Below are positions 50,201-62,201 of a DNA stretch of 64,000 nucleotides, one piece after another. Source of the stretch: Calcarisporiella thermophila CBS 279.70 (taxonomy: Eukaryota > Fungi > Calcarisporiellomycota); NCBI RefSeq assembly GCF_041956535.1, contig NW_027192202.1, positions 728,870 through 792,869 of the forward strand, in the 5' to 3' direction. A program made the translations under genes and the position numbers. Within the stretch, counting starts at the first letter, position 1. Each line of letters starts with the position of its first letter. Below the pieces are notes generated by a model. The model was not told the DNA's origin, searched no databases, and saw only the letters and a list, made by a program, of their open reading frames with translations.

Positions 50201-50774
50201 TTGGACTTTGCCCTCCTTTTGGACTTAAATCTCTCTTCGGGCTTTGCTCTCCCTTTGGACTTTGCTCTCCCTTTGGACTTTGCTCTCTTTTTGGACTTTG
50301 CTCTCTCTGTGGGCTCTGCTCTCTCTTTGGACTACGCGCTGCTTCCGGAATATTCTCTTCCATTGAAAAATCTTCAGCTCTTGGATAATTTTCTCGTTTC
50401 ATAAAATCTTGGGAATAATCCCATGGAATAGCGTGTGGAGATCTTTCAGGCATTGCTTCATTTGAGATGTCGCCTAATCGATGCAATTCCTCGCCCCTCC
50501 TGAAATCGGACTTTCGATCCAAGGAGCGTTCGCTTGAGGCAACATCGCTCATCTCTCCCGGCTTTGGAGAAACGGCGGGGGAGAGTTTAAAGCTGAACTC
50601 CAGCCCATTTAAAAACTCGGGGAGATCGTGAAATTCGAAAAGAGAACCATAGCGAGACAAGAGATCTTGGTCTTCTTCTCAAGCGGCAAAGGAAGTAGCA
50701 CAGATTTAATATCTGAATTATCGCATTAGAGTTTAGAGCTTACCAGCTTTGTTCAATTCGGGTCCGCCAATCAT
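47295..50774 (-). CDS. Large low-complexity, probably disordered Ser/Pro/Glu/Lys-rich protein of unknown function, multi-exon
   Basis: Long ORFs 49695-50660 and 47295-49448 can be linked by GT-AG introns through a small exon near 49567-49643. ATG 50774 is inferred. The 3' end is uncertain (possible extra exon at ~47133-47270). Confidence 0.65.
50200..50333 (-). repeat. 18-bp coding tandem repeat (SPKREQ-like hexapeptide, ~8 units)
   Basis: SPKREQ SPQREQ SPKREQ SPKGEQ SPKGEQ SPKRDL SPKGGQ SPI; DNA unit ~ctttggactttgctctcc on +. Confidence 0.9.
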
Positions 50775-52102
50775 TCTCTGCCTAGGGGAATCTTGAAGAA
50801 ATTCAGGAGTAAAAAAGGGATGTCAAAAGGAAAAGAGAAGCGCAGAGAATATAATAGAAGAGAGCGTTTTGCGCGAAAAAAAGTGAAAGGTGAAAAAACC
50901 GTGGTTCAGCAAAAGTCATTCGTAAGTTATCCCTGGATTGAAGCAATGGGCGTGGAAGGATTATTCTTACTGGAAAACGGCCGGGGTGTTTCGATTGAGG
51001 TGTTCACTAGTCCAAAAACCGATTCATGCGAAACCGCCTGTTAAATGAACAGCAGATTGCTGGAAACATAGACCCCATCCGATTGCCGTCTTTGACTTTG
51101 AACCTAGATGGCTTCTGAAACGCTGTCCGTCATCGAGAGAGATTAATATGTCTTGAAGTGTATCTCACTGACACCCCAACTCTGCATAGGAAAACCAGAC
51201 ACTATGGTGTGGTACAATAGTATCCGCTTTTATGTGCGTATAATCAACATTTCCCCTTTTTCACTCATATCACGGCGCAAGCGTTCTTTGGACTCACACA
51301 TGTCTCTTGGCGTTCCAAAATAAACATGCAAATTAATAGCTTATACAAATACAAATATAAGAGCGACTATAGCTGCTCAATTAGTCCATTCTGCTTGCTT
51401 CATAGTAACCTTATTTAAATGCCTTAAATTATCTGCAAAACACTCGATCAGTTTAAATAGCTATCCGTGAATACTTCACAATGATTGAATTTTATTCTTT
51501 AAGGGGGCGTGCTGTTGGATTTGTTAATACCCCAGTTGATTATATATCTTATCATGCGGAGGAGGCCAAGCAGCCAACACATCTTTATATTGTCAAGCCT
51601 CTTGGAGTGGAGGGGAAGTTCACTGATATTGATTCATGCTTAATTAATTGAAGATATACTGCAGGCCTGATCGAAAGCTTAACCTATATAAATCAACAAA
51701 AAATTTATTGCATCCATCCTTGATATTCTTGGAATAAACTAGAGTGTCTAATGAATGATCACTTGAGGATATTATAAAAAGGAAAATTCTAGCGCCTTTT
51801 AATTGTAGGATGATTTACATAATAATTTAGCCCAAGATTATGTAAAGCATTGAGAGGAATTCTTCTCTCCTTCAAGTAAAGGAAAAGGTATAGATTGAGC
51901 TAGATTGTATGTTGCATCTCATAAAATGGGCGACTTTCATTGAAGCAATCCCGGTATATGAATGATCACAAAATCTATATTTTCAACAAGCATAAAATAT
52001 TCGTATTAAGTCGGATTAAAGATGAAATAGGGAAATGGTGAATTGGTGGGAAATTTCGGTTTTCTTCTAGGCACGATATTCTAACATCCCATATCCCTGC
52101 AT

Positions 52103-53245
52103 TTACCACCATCGTTCTCGTCTTGATTTCTCCTCTTGCAACCTCTTTTGCTGCTGTTTCCGCCATTCATTCAATTGTTCTTGTAACGGATTCCAAATCA
52201 TACGCCTGCCAAAGTCTTGGTATGCGTAGGCGATGCCAAAACTGGCCCCTGCCAAATGTGCGACATGATCGAAGAGCTGCCACCCACGCAATAGTCCAAC
52301 CACATCCAGAGCCATCAAACAGGGAAGTGCAACACCAATCTTGATGGGAATAAACGGTAGAAAGATGATATATACACTTGCTTCAGGATGCTGTACAGCG
52401 CACGCACTCAAACACCCGAACAATGCACCTGACGCGCCCAGCGAGGGAAGAACAAGTTGCCGTCTTCCGCTCTGGGAAACGAGATGACTGACTAGGGAAG
52501 AAGTGGTCGCTCCGGTGAGATAGAAGGCAAGAAACTGTTCTCTTCCCAAAAAGTCATGCACCACGCCCCCAAAAGACCAAAGGGCCATCATGTTGACGGC
52601 AAAATGCCACATTTCTCTGTGAGAGAAAGCTGATGTTAACATTGTCACGAGTCGGTTGGAACTCGGATGATGGGTGAACCATCGCTGCATGAAGGGTTGT
52701 AGGCGGGGAACTTGCCAGGCGGCAAATACCAGAGTATTGATGGCAATCAACACGGCCAGAGTCTGATCTCTTTCGCGCATCGAAATCCATTTTTCGCCTA
52801 TGGAAAGCCATGCACTTTGAACAGCATCAGGCACACCCCATGACTTGAGTTTTGTCAGTTGGTGACGAAGTGTCTCGCGTGCAAGCTGTGCGCGGTATCG
52901 GACCGCGTCTGCAACTGTTGGTTCCCAGGGGCGTGTCCACGAACGAAGTCGCTTATATATCGAGAGCCGATGGTGTTCATGCCATAGAGCTGCAGTCCCA
53001 AATGCCACAGTCGCAACACCGACGGTAAATAGTATGGGTTTAGTCATGGTCTGGTTGGATCCACTACGAAATTGGCTACGCCAAGGCGGTCTAAGAATGG
53101 GCGGATTAGGTCGACTCCATGAGCGAGGGTGGCTACGGAATGGACGCAAAATCTGGAGTGTGGAGGACCCATATTTGCTGTGTAAACCTGTGTGAATTGA
53201 CGTGTGTTTCCAAGTTAAATTCGTACGCACAATGCTCATTAGCAT
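52103..53245 (-). CDS. PCP1: Mitochondrial rhomboid protease (PARL/Pcp1)
   Basis: Arg-rich presequence, SAFSH...HFAVNM, SLGASGA (catalytic Ser), FDHVAHLAGA (catalytic His). Intronless. Confidence 0.93.
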   Translation of the reverse strand: MLMSIVRTNLTWKHTSIHTGLHSKYGSSTLQILRPFRSHPRSWSRPNPPILRPPWRSQFRSGSNQTMTKPILFTVGVATVAFGTAALWHEHHRLSIYKRLRSWTRPWEPTVADAVRYRAQLARETLRHQLTKLKSWGVPDAVQSAWLSIGEKWISMRERDQTLAVLIAINTLVFAAWQVPRLQPFMQRWFTHHPSSNRLVTMLTSAFSHREMWHFAVNMMALWSFGGVVHDFLGREQFLAFYLTGATTSSLVSHLVSQSGRRQLVLPSLGASGALFGCLSACAVQHPEASVYIIFLPFIPIKIGVALPCLMALDVVGLLRGWQLFDHVAHLAGASFGIAYAYQDFGRRMIWNPLQEQLNEWRKQQQKRLQEEKSRRERWW

Positions 53246-53394
53246 TCCGAATCGATCTGTATTGTTTGAGAGGCAAAGATTTGTAAATCGGTTCCTGGCT
53301 GTGACTTGAATTAAAATCAAGGAAGTCACGTAAGCCAGCTCTGAAAAAAAGGGGATGATATAGGTTATTAGATAGAAGGGAGGAAGAAAGAAAA

Positions 53395-54069
53395 ATGACC
53401 CATATTCTCTTTGTATATATTCTTCTATTTGTTTTTATAATATGTCTGTTCATTTTTCGACTCTATCTCGTAATTCCTCCCAATGTGCCATTTATTCCTC
53501 AAGAGTCATCCAATCCGAGATCTCGCAAAGGTACAATTAAAACGTGTATTTTTCTGGGATCAGGAGGTCATTCGGCTGAAATGCTTCAGCTGGTTTCGGG
53601 TCTCAACATGCAGCGGTACACCCCACGCATTTATGTTGTCTCCCAGGATGATCATCTCAGTGCTGCCAAGGCCCGCGAATTCGAACACTCACTCGGCTCG
53701 ATGTATGGGCGTGATTATTTGATAAGGCACATTTTACGTGCAAGACAAGTAGGGCAGCCGTGGCTCACGACACCTTGGAGTGTATTGCAATGCATGCTAT
53801 CAGCAGTACGGATTGTTCTTGGAGATAGGCCGGATGTACTAATTTGCAATGGGCCAGGGAGCTGTGTGCCATTGTGTGTTCTCGCGTATATCCCAAGAAT
53901 ATTCGGCCTGGCCTATACCCGACTCTTGTATGTAGAGTCATTTGCGCGAACCCACTCGCTCTCGCTCTCGGGGAGATTGTTAATACGGTTTGTGGATCGG
54001 TTCATTGTACAGTGGCCAAGTCTTGCCCTCAAATATCGGCGTGCTGAAAACGCCGGAATTCTTGTGTAG
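53395..54069 (+). CDS. ALG14: UDP-GlcNAc transferase subunit Alg14
   Basis: N-terminal TM, LGSGGHSAEM, RARQVGQ, PDVLICNGPGSC, YVESFAR..SLSLSG, FIVQWP. Confidence 0.97.
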   Translation: MTHILFVYILLFVFIICLFIFRLYLVIPPNVPFIPQESSNPRSRKGTIKTCIFLGSGGHSAEMLQLVSGLNMQRYTPRIYVVSQDDHLSAAKAREFEHSLGSMYGRDYLIRHILRARQVGQPWLTTPWSVLQCMLSAVRIVLGDRPDVLICNGPGSCVPLCVLAYIPRIFGLAYTRLLYVESFARTHSLSLSGRLLIRFVDRFIVQWPSLALKYRRAENAGILV

Positions 54070-54200
54070 AAAGACTTCCATGTGTATCAATGTTTTATTA
54101 AACAGCGAATCCAAAGTATTTGTAAATAATCCTTCAAGTCACAAGTAATTGATGAGAGCAATTATATAAGAACGAAAACAAGGTCTCACGGGAATGCAGC

Positions 54201-55346
54201 TTAATCTTTCTCGGAAAGCCTCTGAAGGTGCTCATCGATTTCAGTCTCTGATAGCGTCCGGAATTTAGGATTATCTTCGGTTACTAATCCAATCTCGATC
54301 TCATTTGCCTTGAAATCGGCCGAAAGCACACTCGAGAGGGTTGTGATGGCCAACTACCCATTAAAAACATCACTCGAAGATATAAGCATCGCAACTCCAT
54401 AAATAAAATGAAAAATAAAATCTCTGTACCTCAATTGTATCGTCCAGATTTAGCTGTGGATCCTTCTTCAGCTTCTTCTCAAGATAGTTGAGTGCCTCTT
54501 GTTGCTTTGCGCCAGCGGCGGTCGCCCTGTAAGCAACGAAGTAACCGGCAGGATCACATTTGTACAGTTGTGGGCCGCGTTCGTCATCAAACCCGATCAG
54601 GGTCATGGCTAAGGAAATAAACTTGGCGTGTTAATAAACGGCAAGAGAATATGAAAGGTGTATTTTTGATATTCTTTGGGAGCACTTACACACGCCAAGC
54701 GGTCTCATAGCAGCGTGTTGCGTGTACACTTGGTTGATATTAGCTATGCGGCGGGCGAGCATGTCTGTTGGGATTTCATAGCCAAATTTGTAGCGGAATT
54801 CAGCTGCCTCTTGGCGAGCACGCGTTACTTGTGAGCGCGCATCAGCTTAAATAACAAAAGGGTGCACAAAAAGTCAGCTCTATGCCCGTCTTGTTAAAAA
54901 ATAGAAAAACAAAAGTATATTCACCGATCATTCCTGTCATTACACACCCAATCTTCGGTGTTAGTTGGAAAATATGGGTGATGGTGGATGGATCCAACAG
55001 CTTATCCTGGGAAAAAAAATTATTACATGCAGCATATACATTTGCTGTTCAAACGTTTTAAAGTCGCAAAGTGATACCAACCGGAACTTTCCTCTGAGTT
55101 ATGATGACAACACTGTCCTTTCCACGAACACCAACCGAAGTTATGCCTGCGTTGGAAATTGCCTTGAAAGCATACTCTAGAAGAGTTTGTTTACGAGAGA
55201 CATGGCATTAATGATGATTTCGGGGGGCCGAGAGCTCTTGAATATATTCGGATAGAGAACAATCACTCACCAACTTGATAAAGCCGCCCCTCAGGCGAAA
55301 AGATAGTGATGTGACGATCGTAACCAGCACTAGTACCCCTGCTCAT
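54201..55346 (-). CDS. SCL1: 20S proteasome subunit alpha1 (PSMA6), multi-exon
   Basis: [74 protein letters not shown]. Confidence 0.97.
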
Positions 55347-55527
55347 TTTTTAAAAGCGAATCAATGCAGTGAATTTTTTTTTGCCGCCGACGATGCTCTT
55401 TTGAATAAAAGATATACGCGTTCAATTGAAGGCTGACGCAACTCACGGCGCAGCCACCTGTGACTTGCTCGTAAACAATTTTTCCTCGGTGCAATTTCCT
55501 CAGCACTTCATCATAAAATAATACATA

Positions 55528-56212
55528 ATGTCACAGGCCATCGGCAAGGTAGGTCATGAGTGAATGAGTTACTTCAAATAATCAAATACCATCAACTACA
55601 TTTTTGGGCCGCTCATTTAGACGGCGCTTGCATACGCACGGGTATGGCATCTAGTCGATGCGAAGAACCGTGTGCTTGGTCGGATGTCTACAAATATTGC
55701 TACTACTTTAATGGGAAAACACAAGCCGATCTACGATCCCTCCTGTAAATATATTCATCGCCTATAGAAAGACCTCGAATTGTAAACTAATGCGTTTCTA
55801 TCTGACAGCCGACTGCGGTGACTACGTTGTTGTGATCAATGCCAAAGATGTGCTAGTGACAGGCCGTAAAGCTGAACAGAAGCTCTATCGCCATCACACT
55901 GGACACCCGGGTGGACTAAAGGAAATTCCATACAGCCGCATGATGGAAAGAGAACCTGAGCAGGTGGGTTAAAGTGTCATTTGTTTTCTTAGAGCGCATT
56001 TTTAAGTGTGCTCCATTGCGATTCTTTTACAGATTATTCGAAAGGCAGTGTCAGGCATGTTGCCTAAAAACAGACTGCGGGATGTTCGGTTGAAACGACT
56101 ATTTGTTTTCCCCGACGACAAGCATCCTTATGAGCAGAACATTATCAAAAGATACGACGAATTTCAAGAGTTAGAGTCAACCAAGAGTGAAAACCAAACG
56201 AACACCGCTTGA
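55528..56212 (+). CDS. MRPL23: Mitochondrial ribosomal protein uL13m, 4 exons
   Basis: [21 protein letters not shown]...LGR...[46 protein letters not shown]. Confidence 0.96.
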
Positions 56213-56384
56213 GTACACCTCACTTAACCTTCTCGATATCTTACTGTATTATACGTCGAAATAAAACAAGATAGATTTTGTTGAAGCTTTTTTAGCCTTT
56301 TTTATATGCAACCTAGCCCAAGCTGTCTATTGAGTGCGGATTTAGCATTTGAAATTAAGAGGTCTAAAACCAAATGCTAGTTTT

Positions 56385-56392
56385 TGTGACTG
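56385..56392 (+). promoter_or_regulatory. Homol-D box (TGTGACTG) upstream of TRS20
   Basis: Exact inverted Homol-D, ~63 nt before the ATG. Confidence 0.45.
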
Positions 56393-56454
56393 GCTCGCGT
56401 TTCCAAAGTAAAAAAAATCGCTTTCCAGGATCTTCGCGTCATTAAGATAGAGAA

Positions 56455-57124
56455 ATGACATCTTATTACTTTGCGATTGTAGGCACAAGCGACAACCCCC
56501 TATATGAGACCGAGTTTGGAACATCAATTAAAAGTGCAAAGGATGGAGCAACAAAGGTTCACACATATTTACTTCTTCTCTCAGCTTGAATTAATTTTCA
56601 TACTAATGTATTCAACAGAAAGATGAGAGCCGCCACCTCAATCAATTCATCGTACACTCATCGCTGGATATAGTCGAGGAGCTTCAGTGGAATTTAAATA
56701 CCACGTAAGTGGAATAGTAACTTTTCCGCATTTTATGGAAATTAAATCCTTTTTCAGACATCTTAAAACTGTAGATAAATTTAACGATTATCTTATATCT
56801 GCATTCATCACACCTGGAGGTTAGAATAGATCTATTTAGTGCCATGTAAGTATCTCTTAACATGTGTATTATTATAGGTATAAAATTTGTATTATTACAC
56901 GATTCAAAAAGTGATGATGGTATTCGGAGCTTCTTTAATGATTGTTTTGAGCTCTACATCAAGGTAGTTGAACATAGAATCTCATCCAAGTTTCCGCGCT
57001 AACTATGATTTATCCTTCTCATTGCTAGACACTGATGAATCCCTTCTACGAAGTCAATTCCCCCATTACATCTCCGATTTTCGACTCTAAAGTTCGGCAA
57101 CTAGCAAAACGATACCTTGGATAA
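56455..57124 (+). CDS. TRS20: TRAPP subunit Trs20/sedlin (TRAPPC2), 5 exons
   Basis: [66 protein letters not shown]. Confidence 0.95.
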
Positions 57125-57245
57125 TCTCTTTGCTTAAGCTTGTTCTCTTTTAATATAAAGCTGTAGTTTAAGTCTCCAGAACCAGCAAAGCCTCCCATTA
57201 GGGTTTCTTAAGTAAATACATCCATTATTAAATATGAGTTAAGTT

Positions 57246-58283
57246 TCAGTACAAAGCAAGGCGCGAGGATATATTGGATTGATTGAGGAAGTGGGGAAGA
57301 AACTTGTATAAATCGCCAACAATCTCAGGAACCTCAAAAACAGTTCGTTCTTTCTTGTCTTTATGGCTCGCATCGATCACCAGAAGCTCTAACCGGTCCA
57401 GTTTTAAGGCTCCTAGAGAAATAAGATGTGTCATCCCCAAAAAAGCCAATGAGAAAAATTGCCAACTGGGAAGAAGGGTGTATATTTACCGGCGTCTTCG
57501 GTCAATTTTAATACTCTGTTGGGGGTTCCCACTGCAATATTGAGGTGCTCCTTCGAGAGTAATGTGACCTGCTCTTCCACTTTAATGTGTTTTGCAAAGA
57601 GTTTGGCAATACGCGCTGTCTTACGGAATTCATCGAGGGCACGGATGATCTCTGTGCATCGTATTGCGCTTTCTGCAAGCACGAGAACAAGTGGCCGCCC
57701 AACGGCATCATCCCCGGTGGGTTTTTTGAAAAGTTTTTTCTTATAGCTCATAACACCTAGTTGAGAAATTCAGAAAAAAATTAGAATGGTTGCTGAACAT
57801 TGCATTTATATAATATATGTACCAAATTTAATAAAGGAGGCATAATGCTCAAGTGTATGAGGTGACGAGAATCTGGCCGTGTCAAGCAATCGCTCTTCGG
57901 GTAATCTTTGCTCAGACAATTCCAATGAAGACAGATGTGGGAGTGTTTTTTCTTGTATTTTGTGGAGATATGCGAGTTGATCTTGTTTGCTTCGCTCAAC
58001 CACGGGTGTCTCGATCTCTTCGGTTTTTTGCTACAAGAAGACTCGAGTCAGTTGCGGCCGGTAGTAAATGGCTCGAAAAATAACGAACCTTTTTAGTTTT
58101 CTTTTGTTTTTGTTCTTTTTTTCTCTTCTTAGATTCCTCTTTAGGCATTTCCTTGTCTTCTGCATTGGTATCTTCACCATTCTCCGCAATAGCATCGTCA
58201 ACTACAATTTCTGCCGAAGGAGGCGCTTCGTCGACCACTTGCTTGTCCAGGTAAAAATCGTCATCAAGGGCATCTGCTGACAT
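57246..58283 (-). CDS. CMS1: 90S pre-ribosome factor Cms1/CMSS1 (degenerate helicase-like), multi-exon
   Basis: MSADALDDDF, LSSLEL, PLVLVLAESAIRC, AKLFAKHIKVEEQ, IAVGTPNRV, IDASHKDKKER. Confidence 0.92.
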
Positions 58284-58482
58284 GGTTGGAAGAAAATAAC
58301 GTATTTCTTATATTGTTAAAGAATAATGTCAATCCAATCTATATTAAACCTTTAGATATGTTTATGTGTGACTTGATTTGAGAAAGCGTGACTGCTTTAT
58401 TCTTGATTATTTTTAGGTAATTACAAGTTCTAACAAATTATTTAGACTCAAAGATCATAGTAATCACTACAAAGCGCAAATG

Positions 58483-61400
58483 TTACGATCTCCGGGATGA
58501 AGATAAAGACGGCCTTCTTCTATCTGAGTCTGCACGATGGCGCTTATCTTGGTCCCGTTCTCGGTCCCGTTCCCTATCTCTTTCTCGTTCCTTCTCCCTC
58601 TCGCGGTCTCTGTCCCTCTCTCGTTCCCTCTCCCGATCTTTGTCCCGCTCTCTATCCGGATCTCTATCCCTGTCTCTATCCCTCTCTCTATCTTTTTCTC
58701 TATCCCTGTCTTTACCCCGCTCCCTATCTCGCTCCTTCTCCCTCTCGCGGTCTCTATCCCTCTCTCGTTCCCTCTCTCGCTCCCTCTCCCGATCTTTGTC
58801 CCGCTCTCTATCCGGCTCTCTATTCGGCTCTCTATTCCTGTCTCTATCTCGCTCCCTATCCCGCTCCCTATCTCGATTTCTGTCCCGCTCTCTATCCCGT
58901 TCTCGGTCCCGTTCTCGGTCTCGTTCTCTCTCTCGTATTCTGTCCCGTTCTCGGTCCCGCTCTCTGTCCCGCTCTCTTTCTCGATCCCTATCTCTGTCCT
59001 TTTCTCTCTCCCTATCCCTCTGGTTTAAACGATCTCTATCCCGGGATCGATCGGAATGTCTCTCATCTCTCTCCCTGCTCCGTCGACGCCTCGAACCACT
59101 TCTAGACCGAGAACGTGACCTGTGGCGGTGACGAGACGATCTGCTTGGTGAACGCGAATCGCGCCTATCATTCCTGCGATTATTCCGATATTGAGAAGCG
59201 GAGCTTGGGGATCGGTCATTGTGCCGTGGCCGATCATCCCTGGGAGATTCAGAGCGGCGACCGCGAGAGCTATATTTAGGACGAGGTGGCGTGCTTGGAC
59301 CATCCCGGTAGCGATGCTCACCGCGATCTCGCGGGCTGCGTGGGCTGCGCGAGCCGCGGGGTCCCTTGGGCAATTCATGGAGCATTGGGCCAAGTCTATC
59401 CGCAATGGAGGGCCTTGAGGGCAGAGATTCCTCGTGCAATTGTTTAGGTCGTCCATTCACATGGCCATGCTCCTGATCATGTTCGTGGTCGCGGTTTTGG
59501 AACTGAGCACCCTCCGAGTCTTCGTGCACTTCTGCTTCTCCCGCTAGCTGCTTAACCACGCTGTCATCTTCCTCGGCACCATCGGCTCTCGCACCCCTAC
59601 CCATACCTGCATTATTTTGGATGAACCCGCCTCTCCCCCTGAGATTGACCCCACGACCCCTTCCCCGAAATCCTCCCCGGCCACCCCTAAATCCTCCGCC
59701 AGGGGCCATATTGGGATCAAATGGTGGAAATGGCATCATAGGCTCTCCGCCGGCAGGATTCATCATAGGTCCTTGGCCGTCTTCACCCCCGAAAGGAGGC
59801 ATCCCTGGGAGCGGTGGCATAAAGCCCATTTGCCCACCTGCAGCATACGGATTGAAATCAGGCGGTAAAAAGGAAGGATCGAAGAATCCCGGGCCCTCTC
59901 CACCAGGGCCACCCCCATTCATGTTTCCATTAAACATGCCATCCTGGGGCCCCATCATCATAAACTCTGGAGGCGGCATTGGTCCTCCGGGAGGGAACCA
60001 TTCCCACGGCCGACCCTCAGGACCTCCACCTGGCATTCCAAAACCTCCACCACCGACTCCAGGACCGCCGGGGCCCATGCCACCAGGGGGAAATGGCGGC
60101 ATGTTCCCAAAAGGAATGGGCGGTCGCATATTTGGAAGTTGAACGGGATTGTTCTGCATCACTGGCATTTGTTGGGGCCTTTTACGGAGGCGGGACTCTT
60201 CAGCCGAAGATTCATAAACCGCGATGTGTTGAGTTGTCTAGTTCATATGAAAGGATTTAGAGCAAATTCAATAAAAAAACATTAATTATATTTTCTTTGG
60301 ATATTCCGTACCTCTTCTCCTGGCTGACTTGGCTTCACGTCCTGCATGTGAGCCATAGAAGTTCTTGAAGACTGGGGTAGTGATATTTGACCAGGGGTAT
60401 TTGCGTTGGCTCTTTCCTCCTCATCGCCAGGCTGTCGTTGTTTCGAAACCCATACGCGGATAAAGTCTTCAACTCGTTCTCGTAACTCATGGTCAGGAAG
60501 CAAGTGATCAGGCACCACGTTCGAGGTCTTACAGCTGGGACATACAAATTGTTTTGAAGGATCGGGGTTGTTGACTAGAGTGTCTCGAATACCTGAATGG
60601 AATTTCAAATTTCACATTGATCAGCCTGCTCAAGCATTCAACCCCATCCAATTTCCTACTCACATTCATCGCAAAAACTGTCTCCACAACAGGGGACTCG
60701 CACCGCCTCCCTAATGAGCTTATTACAGATGCCACATTGCAACTCTGCTGGAGCAGGTGCGTTCTCATAGACATCCCCCGACGTGATACCGACTCTCTGG
60801 CGATTATGTATTTGTTCCCACGCAGCACTGCAAGAAGAGAAAAATGAAAAGAAAAGTTACCAACATCTGCAGACCAAGGTGCTGAAGGTTGAAGATAAAC
60901 TCTATTGTGATATAGACGCTCACTAAGGCTAGAGCCATACATAAGGCCAAAAGGCCCAGTCCTCCACATAGCAAATACAGACAAAACAAAAGAAAATACA
61001 GAATATATAAGAGAGAATACAAACTCATTAGCTTTCGCAATCACCAAACTTCCATCGCTCGTCACCATCACACTCCCACCCTTGCCCGAGGGAACCTGAT
61101 CCACCTTTTGAAGAAATGACGACGGAATACCCGTAGTTCGCTTGACACGCACATTGTCGAAGGCAGGGTCGCCATTAGTTGGGCACTGAGATATCCAATG
61201 ACCTGCCATATAGAATGAAGCGAGTTAAGGATCTATCAGGATAGACCTATAGAGCGAATTAAGTATACCCCACCTTTAATACCGCATCGATAACACACAT
61301 AGTGTGGAGGAGGTGGTCTCATAGGAACATTTTGTTGCATTGGTTGGTTATCTCGTCTTGCCTGCTGTGTGGGGGGACGGAAACGAACATATTGCTGGCT

Positions 61401-62048
61401 GCATATGGACATTCCTCAGATTAATCCCAACCAATAGAATAGTATAAACTCGAAGAAACTTACTGAGCCATCTGCTCCTGCTGCTTATTCCAATAATCGG
61501 AGGTCTGTTGAAACATGGCTTGGATTCGATCTTCCTCCGATTGATTAGGATCCCCGTTTGTGGGCATGGCTACCTCTTGAGGAGGTAAGACGGATTTTTG
61601 TAGGGGGCTAGAAGGCTGAACTTGTTGCTGTTGAATATACAAAAAAATGGAAAAAAAAAACAATAAATAATCGGCGATGTAGTAAGATTTATCAAATATC
61701 AAAGCCCAATCTAGATACCTTTCGAACTAAAGAGCCAGCATCGGGTGCAATCACCACCCCTCGCGACACTGGTCCAACCCCATTTAAATAATGCTGTATG
61801 GTCCCCTTACCCGGCTTGGTTGGCACACGTGATACTACCACCGATGTGTTTTTCGGAATCTGTGCAGCGTCCTCCTCATATTCCTCACCACTCTGCGCGT
61901 TGCAGATCTTCAAGTCAAATCCATCTCCTTTTAGTTTGCTTGCAAGAATTATCTCTCTTTTTACATCAAACACCGAGAGGGAAGTTCCATCAAATGTAAT
62001 TGATTCATAATCTTTAGATGATTTAAACTTAAAGTAGATCTTGGACAT
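58483..62048 (-). CDS. MPE1: Cleavage/polyadenylation factor Mpe1/RBBP6 (DWNN + zinc knuckle + RING, Pro/Gly, RS and RD/RE tail), multi-exon
   Basis: IYFKFKSSKDY (DWNN), PPPPHYVCYRCGIKGHWISQCP, VKRTTGIP, LQCGIC...PCCGDSFCDECIR...CPSC. Confidence 0.95.
58545..59020 (-). repeat. Coding RD/RE dipeptide repeat tract in the MPE1 C-terminus
   Basis: About 150 aa of alternating R with D/E; 6-nt periodic DNA with duplicated higher-order blocks. Confidence 0.95.
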
Positions 62049-62201
62049 AATCTCCTAGTGTTTGTGAGAGAAAATGTGAAGTCCACTGCCTCATTTTTTA
62101 GAATCGAAAGATTATCTAAGCCACCCACTATTTTCATTTAGGAAGCGACAGCTTAAAATGAGTGTCATACTTAATAAGTGAATGTCATAATAATAGAGCC
62201 A

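Noticed and set aside
52045-52062. GGTGGGAAATTTCGGT resembling yeast RNase P RNA CR-I
   Set aside because: Lies antisense to the rhomboid 3' end, with no matching CR-V/P4 partner found.
55380-55388. GGCGGCAAA (minus), a PACE/Rpn4-like site upstream of proteasome alpha1
   Set aside because: Single variant hit only ~34 nt from the ATG and absent upstream of PAC1, so insufficient support.
58497-59131. Several plus-strand ORFs (SR-, YP- and SIP-rich) over the RD/RE tract
   Set aside because: Stop-free shadows of the dipeptide repeat.
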